DNA of 63,004 nucleotides, filler included, from Gonapodya sp. JEL0774 (taxonomy: Eukaryota), in NCBI GenBank assembly GCA_027604505.1. It is 56 parts of 56 records of this genome, joined end to end, with 100 filler letters (N's around TTAATTAATTAA, not from the genome) between each part and the next. Parts side by side here need not be neighbours in the genome. Positions count along the whole stretch, not along the records: positions 11,338 to 12,369 come from JADIIX010004126.1; positions 12,470 to 13,500 come from JADIIX010004127.1; positions 13,601 to 14,631 come from JADIIX010004128.1; positions 14,732 to 15,761 come from JADIIX010004129.1; positions 15,862 to 16,891 come from JADIIX010004130.1; positions 16,992 to 18,021 come from JADIIX010004131.1; positions 18,122 to 19,151 come from JADIIX010004132.1; positions 19,252 to 20,281 come from JADIIX010004133.1; 48 more parts are not named here. One strand, given 5' to 3'. The translations under genes and the position numbers were made by a program. Below, one piece after another: positions 11,966 through 23,770 of this stretch (within the stretch, counting starts at the first letter, position 1; each line of letters starts with the position of its first letter). The notes under the pieces were generated by a model. The model was not told the origin of the DNA. It was given only the letters and a program-made list of their open reading frames with translations, and did not search any database.

Positions 11966-12232
11966 TCATAGTCTGATGCCAAACTGCTTCCACACCTCGT
12001 TCTGAACTTCCGGCAGGTCAAACAGCTCCCCTGTTAGTTTGTCGATGCCAGGTAGATTCTCCATAAAGAATGCTTGATCGTAAACTCGTCCATTTTGATC
12101 GTACTTCATGCGATTCAGAGAAATGCCGGACCAAGATGTGCCAGAATGTGCTGTGTAGGTGTTGTGTGAAGCTCCAAAGGCGTGCCCGTCCTCCCACACT
12201 TGGAGGTCAATGGCTGGATTGCTCACAACTTC
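11966..12232 (-). CDS. Hypothetical protein, last exon (possibly NTF2/SnoaL-like fold)
   Basis: Exon after a CAG acceptor reading EVVSNPAIDLQVWEDG...RMKYDQNGRVYDQAFFME...IRL*; the fold guess is weak. Confidence 0.35.
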   Translation of the reverse strand, partial: EVVSNPAIDLQVWEDGHAFGASHNTYTAHSGTSWSGISLNRMKYDQNGRVYDQAFFMENLPGIDKLTGELFDLPEVQNEVWKQFGIRL

Positions 12233-13600
12233 CTGATAAGCTCAAGGGGTAGAATGCGATAAAATGTTTGCGTATGAGCCAGGGGTAGGTTCAAAAATGG
12301 CACGCATGGAGGATCCCGCGACACAAGGAGAGTACATGAGCGAGTGGTGATGAGCCGGTGGAAGATGGGNNNNNNNNNNNNNNNNNNNNNNNNNNNNNNN
12401 NNNNNNNNNNNNNTTAATTAATTAANNNNNNNNNNNNNNNNNNNNNNNNNNNNNNNNNNNNNNNNNNNNCCACCGAAAACCTGCCACGCCCCCCTCGTGC
12501 ACCCCCAACCCACCCAGTCAGTCCTCGTTCCCCAAACCCCCCCCCCCCCAGTGCCCACCTTCCACTCCCCCACCGCGTCCGCCTTCCCGCGTTCGTATTC
12601 CCTTGCCGCCCGTTCCCACATCCAGTCCCTTTCCTGCTCTGCCCTAGCGATCCCGTGGTCCCGCTTGTGTCGGGCTAGGGCGGCGGTGTGGGAGAGCAGG
12701 GGGTGCGGGTGGGTCGGGGAGTGGAGGAGGAGGCGGAGGTGGTGGAGGTGGGACAGGTGGAGGAAGTGGAGTCTGGGGGGTGGGGGGGTGGGTGACGAGT
12801 GTGCACGCAGCGTCGATTAAGGCCAATGGTAATGGGCAATGAGGACGGAGAAGATGAGAGGTACGATGATGAGCATGAGCACGAGGCTAGACCGATGCAA
12901 ACAGTAAGGATGGTGTGGACGGCTGGCGACACCTTCCAGGTCGATATCCTTAAACACCCCCATCTCCCATCTCCCGGACGCGACACACCACCCACCAACC
13001 CGCTTCCCTACCCATACCATCCACGCCCCTGCCACGCAACGCTACGTCGTCACTCCATCTCAACCGCACCCGCACCCGCACACTCCTTGCCCCATAATAC
13101 TCACTGCTCCACGTTCCACCCCACCTCGTCCACCAAGCCCTGTACCCTGTCCTCCACATCGTCCCACCAGGATGCTCTGGGTCCACCTCGTCTGCTCCTG
13201 GTGGGCCGTGGTGGCGCGGGTGCGGGAACGCGGTGGGGTCGGGGACGTGCGCGGTGGGACGGTGGAGGGTAGGAGGACGGGTCTGGCGCGGACCCGCTGT
13301 TGTCACCGACTCCACCATCTCCGCCCGCTCCCGTACCCGCACCCGCACCCTCCGTACCATCACCCTCACCCTCACCCCCACCAGCACGCGTGTCCGTGTC
13401 CACACCGATATCCATCTCCACGTCCATATCCCCGTCCGGCTTCGCGACGTGCCCTGCCAATAATCCGTGTTTGTCGCCATGCTGGGGCGGGTGCGGGTGC
13501 NNNNNNNNNNNNNNNNNNNNNNNNNNNNNNNNNNNNNNNNNNNNTTAATTAATTAANNNNNNNNNNNNNNNNNNNNNNNNNNNNNNNNNNNNNNNNNNNN

Positions 13601-14631
13601 GGACTGACACACACCCGCCCCCCTCGTGACAACAGCTTCGACAAGGTATGGCCGTGGCTGCCGTGTTTGGACAAGGTCAGGTACTTGAGGGACCCCAGGG
13701 CGTATCCGCCGATTTTGACGTATTCGATATACGGTGGGTGTGGGGCAGGGTTGGGGGGTGGAAATGCGAGACCCGGGCTGACAACCTGCACCGGCCCGCG
13801 CCCTCCAGCCACCGCCGCCCGCCACTCCACCTCCCCCTCCATCGACCTCCACTCGCACGCCAACTCCACGCCCAACCTTATGCTCATCCGGTGCGCCCGG
13901 CTCCTCCCCACCGTGTTCGACGTTCGGCGGCCCACGGTGCACCACGTACAAGCCGTGCTGCACATGTCTGTCCAGTCATCGACGGTGCCCGAGTTCGAAC
14001 AGGGGCGTATGTGGGTGGGCATGGCCATGGTGCTCGCCCGTATGGTCGGGTTGAGTAGTGAGGAGGGGATGGGGAACGGGAAGTGGAACAAGGGGATAAG
14101 TACGGGCGTGGAGGACGAGGATGTGGAGAGGGAAAGGAAGTTGGACGAGAGGAGGAGGACGTGGTACTGTTGTTTGGCGTATGATCGGTGAGTAGGTGGG
14201 CCAGGGTGGGTGGGTGGTGGTGAGGGCCGGCGGCAGGCATGGCAGGTCGCGGGACAGAGAGAGGGAGGACGCCCGTGCGCTCACGGTGAAATCGTTCCCC
14301 GACTACCCCCCACCCCTCCACCACACCCTCCTCATCCCCGCCGCCCCACCGCACCACCTAGCTTCGCCGCCATGTCCGAACCCCGCACCTGGTCCGCCGC
14401 CCTCGACGAAGGCCGCGACGTGCACATCCCCCCACCCTGGTCTGTGCACGACCAGCCCGCCCCGCCCGGCCCCCGCTCGCCCACCACCCCGCCACCCCAA
14501 CCCGACACGCTCATCTCCCTCTACTCGCTCTTCTCCCGCGTGGTCGAGTTTCGGCAACACTGTATCCGCAAAGGAGTCGACCCGTGCGACCTGGCCACCC
14601 CGCAGGGAAAACGCATGTACTCCAAGCTGCG
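13601..14631 (+). CDS. Fungal Zn(II)2Cys6-type transcription factor, Fungal_trans/MHR domain fragment
   Basis: VQAVLHM...RMWVGMAMVLARMVGL...DERRRTWYCCLAYD pattern. Confidence 0.82.
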
Positions 14632-15861
14632 NNNNNNNNNNNNNNNNNNNNNNNNNNNNNNNNNNNNNNNNNNNNTTAATTAATTAANNNNNNNNNNNNN
14701 NNNNNNNNNNNNNNNNNNNNNNNNNNNNNNNTACTGTGGGTGGCTGATACTTCTTTACTAACCAAGATTACTATGACAGTAGTTGACCAACCAGTTGTGA
14801 TTTGCGCTACTAGTCCTTGGAGTGGAACAGTGCTCTTTCCCACAACTCTGTTGTATTTTTGTGCCTCCTTCGGTGTCCTGAATATGCTGGAATTTGCGAC
14901 AAGTTGAAGGCCACTCATTCCACCACAAAGTGTCCTATGAAACTCAAGGTTAGTATTTATTACAACAACTCACTACATAATGGCAAGGCAATGCACCATT
15001 TACTTCCAGGTTGAAGTGAAAGCTAGCAATTTATCTCAGGCAGTTATCTCCATATCTGAAGCGCAACACAGAGTTCCAGAACCTGATGAGCAGGAGGAAC
15101 AATTCAGACTTAGACCGTCAGACCGTTTGTTTAATGAAGTACGTGCATCGGCACGCCGTTTTAATTCAAAGCCATCTACTTTTAAGTCATGTGGGTAGAT
15201 TATCTTGCATCAAATTTTCTTCTTGGTTTTGGGTAATCATGAATTGTACTCATTTCAAAAATCTGGCTCTTAGATCAAGCTGAAAGTGGTGTACCCAAAT
15301 TGAGATTACTCAATTAACGTGCTGTTAACAGTGCATTTTTCAGAGAGAAAAGTAAAAAGTTCTTTGACAAAAATGTGTTGAAGGTAATTTATGGATAGTA
15401 GAGGTTTTACATCAGATCTGACCAGTTCAATTTTGAATAGTCAATGAGGGCACTTGTTCTACATAAGCCATCAGACTTTGCAAGTTATGGTCTTGGATTA
15501 AGTGAAGATGGCATCTCATTGCCTGTGAGCTTCAGACAGCATGCTTTTGTTTTTGACTTCTCCTTAGTGGTTTCAATGAAAATATTGTTCTGCATTTGAG
15601 GACTTTGATTTTGATTTCAAGGATGACTTCTGGCTTATTGAATTCACCCCCAGGACCTTGCTGAATGGAATTTTGCATGGGTCCACATCAATTTTTATGG
15701 ACAGTTCTCATAGGCACAAGAATGAAGACAGAGCTCCACTCACTTTTCTTTACACTGTTGANNNNNNNNNNNNNNNNNNNNNNNNNNNNNNNNNNNNNNN
15801 NNNNNTTAATTAATTAANNNNNNNNNNNNNNNNNNNNNNNNNNNNNNNNNNNNNNNNNNNN

Positions 15862-16424
15862 TAGACCTTTTTCCAATCGTATCCGTCGGCAGGCGGGACT
15901 CTGAATAGATATTGTGAGCGGACAAACTTTGCAGTTTGAGCATTCACAATCACGTCGGGCCACACAACGTGAACTTTGCCAGGCACCCTCACTGCGACTT
16001 TGTATGTATTGGCCAGGTCCTCACCGAACAGCGAGCTGACCACGTCTTTTATACGAATGACGGAATCGCGTGTCCACGCCTCCCGATCCTGTATATCGAG
16101 AGGCGTCGATACATCGAGATCGAGGTCAACAAAAAGCCTGAAAAGGGGCTCGTGGGCAACACGCTCGACAAGGGCGGCTAATCGTCGGCCCCCGTGTTGA
16201 ATGTATTCTGTGAGACATGAGTGTAATTCTGCTCGGGCTTGAATGGGTATTGCTAGCTTGACGATACCAGCACCAAAAAACTGATGAGTGAAGTCTGTCG
16301 TCGACTGTGTTATGTACTTTGCGTACAAGTCAACCAATGGCCGTTCGATGAGTGTTGCGCTTTCAAGGAGCCTCGAGAACACAGAATCTCCGGAGACACT
16401 CCCTCTTGAGTTTGCGATTGACAT
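15862..16424 (-). CDS. Archaeo-eukaryotic primase (AEP/PrimPol) domain protein of large-DNA-virus type, 3' truncated
   Basis: Intronless; THQFFG..., LVERV...FRLFVDLD (motif I DxD), GKVHVVWPDVIV (motif II His), DWKKV just before the expected motif III Asp. Confidence 0.82.
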
Positions 16425-16507
16425 TGTAAACACAGCACGTCAATGTCATGCAGTACACTCAACGTCCGCCAAACATCGAAGCAATGTTCGTCTTTCAAAT
16501 GGGTGTC

Positions 16508-16891
16508 GGGATGGGATGTGATACAGGATGGTATGGGATGGGGATGGGATCAGAGATTCTGAAACTTATCGAAAACGGGTGAGGATGGGATCAGAGATTC
16601 TGAAACTTATCGAAAACGGGTGAGGATGGGATCAGAGATTCTGAAACTTTTCGAAAACTCTTTCGGGATGAGGATGAGGATGAGGGATGAGGATGGGATT
16701 CAACATTCTGAAACTTTTCGAAAACGGATGAGGGATGAGGATGGGATTCGTCATTCTGAAACTTTTCGAAAACTCTTTCGGGATGAGGGATGAGGGATGA
16801 GGATGGGATCAGAGATTCTGAAACTTTTCGAAAACTCATCCGGGATGGGGATGAGGGATGAGGATGGGATTCAACATTCTGAAACTTTTCG
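16508..16891. repeat. Composite tandem array: 7 copies of a 35-bp core with (G)GGATGA-built variable spacers
   Basis: Core GGATGGGAT-N5-ATTCTGAAACTTWTCGAAAAC starts at 16542, 16583, 16624, 16691, 16739, 16801 and 16862 (last copy cut by the contig end). Confidence 0.95.
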
Positions 16892-16991
16892 NNNNNNNNN
16901 NNNNNNNNNNNNNNNNNNNNNNNNNNNNNNNNNNNTTAATTAATTAANNNNNNNNNNNNNNNNNNNNNNNNNNNNNNNNNNNNNNNNNNNN

Positions 16992-18021
16992 TCGTAGTAG
17001 AACAAGCCGGTGGCGGCAATAGCCTCATTTTCCATACCTGGAGAACCCCGTGTGTGTCAGGTGTGAGAGTTCAGCACGAAAAAAATTACGGGCCCTTAAC
17101 TATTCATGCGCACCTTCAAGATGCCAGTTGCCTCCTGCATATTTGGGTTTCTCAGGTGTGAGGATTATCGTTGCCAATTTGAAAATAACCTGCAAGGTCC
17201 GCCCTTTCAAGTTGACGGTATTCTTCAGGTCCAGGTACGAAAAGTCCACGGTGTTTGGATCAGGCAGCAATGGGTAGCTCAAAGGTCTCTCGTCATCATC
17301 ATCGTGTTCATCCCAATATTCCTGATATTCGGCAAGCATGTCCTCAGGCCAGTCCCAATACGAGTCTTCGACGAGTTTTGGGGGTGCGGCTTCCACTGAG
17401 CCGAACTTGATTTCCAACCATCTTTTCGGCTTGAAAACATTGAGTGTAAGATCGGTTGAGCATCAGAAGGATTCAATATATACTTACACGCCATTCGTCG
17501 CGAGAATCCATAAAGTCGCTGGAATCAAGCGAAGCATCTTCAAGCAGTCAAAGGGATTTGAAACACTTCAGATTCTCCACCGGGATGAAAGGCAGAATGT
17601 CGCTCATTCACGCACCAATCAATCGGGGTGGTTTGGTTTCGAGAGCGTCAACTGCCCGCTCGAACATAGGCAGCATTCCTTCGAAAACGGCCCTCACGGC
17701 GCCATACACACGTGGGTAGCGGTATCTGTCAAGGTTGTTGATGTAGCTGTTGATGGTCGCATGACCGTCCTTGTCAACTGCAACATCCGTTGGCAGCCAC
17801 TGAAAACGTTGGGAAACGTCGGAAAGCGAAGAAGTCTTTCTCCCATTCCAAGAAGCAGGAACAAGTCCGACTAAAGTATTTGGAACAGGCGAGATGAGGG
17901 TGCGACCGTAGACAAGGCAATGCATGGACGGGTGCACCACGTCCAAGACTTGAGTTGTGCCCGGGTGCCAGTCACCACGTGACAGTGCTTCGTCTTCAAG
18001 TGGTGCCACTACACGTCCAAA
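16992..18021 (-). CDS. DUF4246 family protein fragment
   Basis: DWHPGTTQVLDVVHPS, FQWLPTDV...INSYINNL, LQVIFKLATIILTPEKPKYAGGNWHLEG|MENEAIAATGLFYY. Confidence 0.9.
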
Positions 18022-18121
18022 NNNNNNNNNNNNNNNNNNNNNNNNNNNNNNNNNNNNNNNNNNNNTTAATTAATTAANNNNNNNNNNNNNNNNNNNNNNN
18101 NNNNNNNNNNNNNNNNNNNNN

Positions 18122-19151
18122 CACTCCCACCCCAACACCCCACATAATCAAACCCGACCTGGCGAATGCTTCCATTGCCAGATGGGTAAGATGGCTGACG
18201 GGCTACTTAGCGGGAGGTACTCATATCCACCGGAGGGAGCCGAGGAAGGTCACGGACAGGAAGGGGTGGCACCAAGAGCGTTTAAGGAGATGGCAGGCAA
18301 AGATCACTTGGAATTCTCGTCGATGAGACAGCAAGTGATTTGCACGCATCAATGTATGATCATTGTAAAGATGCTAACACCGCCTTCGCATTCCCAGGAT
18401 GCTTTCGAATTCTTACAACACCTCTTGCGGCTTATACAACAGAAAGAACGATCGCAAAACCTCGATCCAACCACCATTTTTAATTTTCAGCTCGAACAAA
18501 GGCTACAGTGTCAAACATGTGGTGGTGTCCGGTATCAAAGGACCAAAGACTCCGCCGTCTCGGTCCCTGTTCCTCCTCGCGAACGACTTCGCAAGGTCGG
18601 TGAAGATGGCAAAGAAGTTGTGGAGTACGAGTCCGTCCAGCTGGACGAATGCTTTGGAACGTTGTGCGGTGCGACTGAAGTGGAGTTTCAATGCCCGAAT
18701 GGACACAAAGGGGTCGCCACCAAGTGAGTTTCGAAACCCGGGTGATGAGTAACGGTGCGACGGCATTTGGAAACTGACAATATCTCCGTCTGAAAATCGA
18801 CCAAAGAATCACAAAGTTCGCAACTTTCCCTGATTACTTAGTGGTTCACGCAACAAGGTTCATATTTGATAACTGGGTCCCGAAGAAATTGAGTGAGTGC
18901 CTCGATATTCACTTGCTTCCAGAAAACGAGAAGTCACATGATTCCTTGGCCAACCTGTCAGATATTCCTTTGGTAGTACCCCAAGAGTATACCTTGGAGT
19001 CATATCGGAGCCTTGGGCAGCAATCTGGAGAGACACTCCTTCCAGAACCTGCAGACTCGTCCGGTAACACATCCGCCCCACTGTTGAAATTGAAATTAGA
19101 CGCTCCATGACTCAGATCATCCTCGTTTTAAGCTTCTTCGGGCCCTCAGTT
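18122..19151 (+). CDS. UBP14: Ubiquitin C-terminal hydrolase Ubp14/USP5, internal fragment
   Basis: KMADGLLSGRYS, EFSSMRQQ|DAFEFL, EQRLQCQTCGGVRY, FATFPDYLVV...NWVPKKL. Confidence 0.93.
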
Positions 19152-19251
19152 NNNNNNNNNNNNNNNNNNNNNNNNNNNNNNNNNNNNNNNNNNNNTTAAT
19201 TAATTAANNNNNNNNNNNNNNNNNNNNNNNNNNNNNNNNNNNNNNNNNNNN

Positions 19252-20106
19252 TCCTTCAGTTCGGCGTATCCAGGCGCGAGGTCATCTACGAGTGACTGAC
19301 GGGCGTAAAATGATCGCGGGTTGTTGAGGGACTTTTCTGGGTCCAGTCGCATCATGAGCTCCACGTATCGGCCAAACTGTTTGCAGTCTCGCGAAATTCC
19401 ATAGACGGTTGTCATAACTGTTTCCATGGTCAACTGCGCCATTTCACCCAGCAGATCGTCTACCACTGCATAGCAAACCGTTAATTGGACAATGTGTCGG
19501 AAGATTGAAACGGCGCGGTGAGGTGGGACGACACGGGTGCTCCGTGTTGTCCTCCACTGCAAGCGCTCACCTGCGCCAGGTTCCCAATGTCCATTTCTAA
19601 GCATCTCGCTCACTAGTCTATTCAGAGTAGGAACGAAGTTCTTAGAACTTGTCGCCTTGTTGAGAGACAACGCGATGTCCCTTGTGCCGGCTTCGCCCCC
19701 CGTCATGCTGCCCGGAGGACTGAAAGGCCCCATCAACATCCTGACACCCAGCTGGAGATCGAGATCTCGATGCGTGTGAAAGAACTTGGACACTTCACGT
19801 CCAAGAAAGATGTACAGGCGGCCGAAGAACGGAATCTAGTTGCATGAGGACGTCGTATATGTAGCAGTGAGGATCGAATGCAATGAACAAACTGTCCTTC
19901 CATACCTGCAAGTACACTAAAGATCCATATTGGTTTTTAACCTTACTCCAGCTGTGAAGCGAGTCCTTCGAAAACAGAAGGTACGCCAAGCTCCAAAGAG
20001 GGAGCTTGGGTGGATCCCGAACTGTACGATGTACCGACAAGAAGATTACCCCGCAGAAGATCGCGATTATGGAGGCGGCAATTGCGACAAGTACATTCAG
20101 TGTCAT
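19252..20106 (-). CDS. Probable cytochrome P450, N-terminal part
   Basis: N-terminal TM anchor, Pro-rich hinge DPPKLP, KNQYGSLVYL, later QLTMETVMTTVYG; heme motif lies beyond the contig. Confidence 0.55.
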
Positions 20107-20381
20107 AGATGGTTCTGTGGGATGAAACAGAATCAGCGATCAATCGAGGTGGAACAGTTTGCGAAACCACGAACTAATGGGCATTTGCGCTCCACAAAAA
20201 ATCGATATAGGAGGCCAAATTCAATGGGAACAACAAATAGGTGATTGATTTCTGACGTTCCTTCAATTCTATCCTCAAAAGNNNNNNNNNNNNNNNNNNN
20301 NNNNNNNNNNNNNNNNNNNNNNNNNTTAATTAATTAANNNNNNNNNNNNNNNNNNNNNNNNNNNNNNNNNNNNNNNNNNNN

Positions 20382-20910
20382 GGCCGAGGTTCCCTCTTCA
20401 ACTCCTGCGCCAAGAGCAGCTGTCATGTTCCACATCTTGACAGCTTTATCATCTCCACATGTGAAGAAAATGTCCGTTTCTTTCGCCGCGAAGGCGATCC
20501 CTCTCACAAAACCCTTGTGTGCAGGGCGCAAAAGCCAATCCGTTTTCCCCGTCGCATTGTTCCAAACACGGACCTCCCCATCAGCGCTCCCTGAAACTAA
20601 AGTTGTGATACGGGTGGGATGTCTAGCGAGGCAATAGACTCCGTCCTGATGGCCTTCCAGTGCCCGTACGAAAGGTTTGGCGAATAATCTCCCAAGCTTC
20701 ACTGCGTTGAGTGCCCGAGTATACTCCCGGGCGCGCTCGAATTGGTGCAGTTTTGGATCTCTATTTCGCTGGACTTTGAAAATATCGTTTGAGCGTTCTC
20801 TGGTGAACGATTCTTCAGTTCGAGAGATCGTCTTCACTCTCTGTGGGACCCAGACAAGGTAATCACTACCAAGAACATCAACGGTCGAAATTCTAGGAGA
20901 GGCTTACCAT
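20382..20910 (-). CDS. SOF1: U3 snoRNP WD40 protein Sof1/DCAF13, 5' part
   Basis: M|RVKTISR...HQFERAREYTRALNAVKLGRLFAKPF...GHQDGVY; intron 20907-20841. Confidence 0.96.
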
Positions 20911-22641
20911 CGTTGAAGATGCTCCTGATTGTAAGCTCCGAGCTTTTTGGAGCTCAGGAAATAGTGTACCAAAACCTCTGGTACAAAGTCCGTGCACTTA
21001 CTTCTTTTCGAAGCAGAAAACGAAGTGGCAATTTGTGCTGACTGCTCAACGTTTATTTCGCAGCGCCATGTTATGGATTATATACTTTCAAGATTTGCTG
21101 TTGTTGGCTTTACATAGTAGCAACTCCTATGATACTGCCTCACATCAATGTTTTGGTGGCGAAGCCCCCGGTAAGCCCTCGTGCACTAGCGTTCACACTC
21201 CCCCCCTCCCTTACAAACGCAACTCAAAAATGTCCTCCAAGCAGAGCAACAACTACGGATCACACTCCAACAACCGAATCTACAACGTTCAATCATACGG
21301 AAACAACAGCCGGGTGGGTCCGTCTCCCGCGATCAAAGGGGTACTGCACCATCGTTCACGAGGTCACTCGTTCTCTGTGATTTGTGACTTCCTGTTGAAT
21401 CTGACCCATTTNNNNNNNNNNNNNNNNNNNNNNNNNNNNNNNNNNNNNNNNNNNNTTAATTAATTAANNNNNNNNNNNNNNNNNNNNNNNNNNNNNNNNN
21501 NNNNNNNNNNNCGGCCCGCCCCTTCTCGATCGCCTACGACCTCCGCCCGCTCGCGGTGCTCAACATGGGCCTGCTGGATATGGACGGGCGGGCCGCGTCG
21601 CCGGTGGAGGGGGCTGGGGGGTTTGGGAACGGGGGGCAGGGGGACGGGGAAGGAGGGAGGAAAGTTGGGGGGCAAGGGTTCGGGCAGATCGGGCAGCATG
21701 GCAAGGCGGTTAGTGTGGGAGTACAGTGGGGGGGCGGCGGCGCGGGGAGAGTGTCGGCGGCGGTGAGTGGGGTTGGCGCAGTTTTTTTTACGGCTTTGGA
21801 CATGACTGTACTGCACCAAACGGTTGTACGTTCTGACCCCTCCTCCCGTATTCCCGCATTCCTCCTCGGCACACCAACCCACGTCAGATCACCGACCTGC
21901 CCACCATCCCCGCCAGCGCACCCCACTCAGGCCCCCCCTCGCTCACCACAACCCTGCCGACCGCCCAGCCCACTGCCTTGTCCACCTCTACCCGCCCCTC
22001 GCTCACCCCCACCCCGTCCCGTCTCATCACCCCAAACGCCACCACGGACCCCACCGCCCTCATCTACGCCCTCCAACCCGGTCTTCCCCCGCCCGACCCG
22101 GCCTTCCAAACCCTCCTTGCCGCCCCACAACGTTTCAGCTCCACCACCGCAGAGATCGCCCGCCTGTACTCCCTGGCCGCGTCCTCGTCGTCCGGCCCGG
22201 GGGAGCCGCCCCCCCCGCACCGCGTGCCGGACCCGGCGTCGCTCCGGCTCATGTTCAGGGCGGCCGTGGAGTGTCTGGAGAGTGCGGCTGAGGAGGTGGC
22301 CAGGACCAGTGCGAATGGGAAAGCGGGGCAGGAAAAGGTCGGCGCGGTGAAGGACGCGGCCAGGGATGTGGAGGCCGTGGGGGAGGTGGTGGGGAAGGAG
22401 TTGGAGGAGGGGGCGGCGTTGATGGTCGAGGATGGGATGAGGGAGGTGGTGAGTCGTGGTGGATGCTCGGGTGGGAGAGACGGTCGGGGGCCCGCCGCGT
22501 CTTGCGTGGTTCCCGGTTTCCTGAGGTGACACTAATTCGTGNNNNNNNNNNNNNNNNNNNNNNNNNNNNNNNNNNNNNNNNNNNNTTAATTAATTAANNN
22601 NNNNNNNNNNNNNNNNNNNNNNNNNNNNNNNNNNNNNNNNN

Positions 22642-23670
22642 TTACATGGCGCTTGGGATAAATTTAATCCCGCAGACGGGACCTGGGCGTTGTCTGATTC
22701 TCAAGAGGACGTTGAGTCGCCTTGCAGAGCCTTCGTTCAGGAACCCCGTCTCATCATCGTCCAAGCCACTTCACCGAATGAAGACCGGTATAAGGAGTGG
22801 ATAAAGCAGACGGATGGTGTGGTGTATTGGATGAACCCATGGACGTGGCCAGAAATGTGGTTCGTTGGGTATGTTTGTTTCTTTTCGGGATCTGACCACC
22901 ATGACACGCACCCACATGATCCTCCGCTCTGTTTCGCATCCTAAGGGATTCCCGCGGGATGGACGCATTGAAGGTTTGGAATGCTTACAGCAAGTGGTCA
23001 CACTCTGTTCGGAATGTGCTGAAAATTTGTCGCAAAGCATCAGAACACGACGAATTTAGTGACATGGATATTGATGTGACCGCCGCCCACAAAGATGTCA
23101 GCTCCACAGCTGAGAACACCTACGAGAAGAATATTATGGCGGAAATTGAAAAGTTTCCAGAGTTCCTTGTGGCGCTAAAGAAGAACTCTCAGAAGTTGGG
23201 AACTGGACCAAGCATGCTGGTGGATTTTCGTGCATCAGAGGACTCCCGAACAGACCCACCAATTGTTGGTATCTGCACCAAGTACATCACTGGCCTCCTT
23301 TTGCAGCATCTTAAGGCTCAGCGCATCGAACAGAAAAGGCAAACAATAGCTCTTCTTGCCGGGGCCGCCTCACTTCAGTCGGTGGGAGGGGAGCTCTTCG
23401 AGTTGATTGCCCATGATTATCTAACCTCTCGTGGAAATCAAGTTGTGGCAACTCCACTTGACTCATTATCGCAAGCCAGTCTCAAAGTGGATCGTGAATT
23501 ACACGAAGTATGCTTTGTCGATGACAGACATGCGGTTGAGCACATAGCAAAAGAGGGAAGTGCAGGTGTATACTTCATTCCTGTTCAGCCCAGTTTCCCC
23601 TCGGTGGATGCTTTTATCATCACCACCACGGATGTTATTCTGTTTCAAATGACCGTCGCAAAGGATCACC
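22642..23670 (+). CDS. Crinkler/RHS-type protein, C-terminal NTPase-like plus restriction-endonuclease-fold region
   Basis: IVQATSP..RYKEW..., YWMNPWTWPE, GELFELIAH, YFIPVQPSFPSVDAF...LFQMTVAKDH. Confidence 0.8.
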
Positions 23671-23770
23671 NNNNNNNNNNNNNNNNNNNNNNNNNNNNNN
23701 NNNNNNNNNNNNNNTTAATTAATTAANNNNNNNNNNNNNNNNNNNNNNNNNNNNNNNNNNNNNNNNNNNN

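Noticed and set aside
12470..13500. Many overlapping long ORFs in GC-rich contigs (also 21512-22541 and 59750-60768)
   Set aside because: Expected from high GC and low-complexity Pro/Gly coding; no evidence for real overlapping genes, and no family could be assigned for 12470-13500 or 21512-22541
16591..16839. 82-aa ORF across the repeat array
   Set aside because: Translation of the repeat itself with a non-ATG start; no sign of coding
16542..16891. CRISPR array interpretation of the 35-bp repeats
   Set aside because: Spacers are 6-32 bp, low-complexity and built from the same GGATGA unit; no cas genes; eukaryotic context
14732..16891. Linking the AT-rich decayed contig to the primase contig as one viral region
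   Set aside because: A linker separates them, the order reflects length sorting, and their CpG content differs sharply
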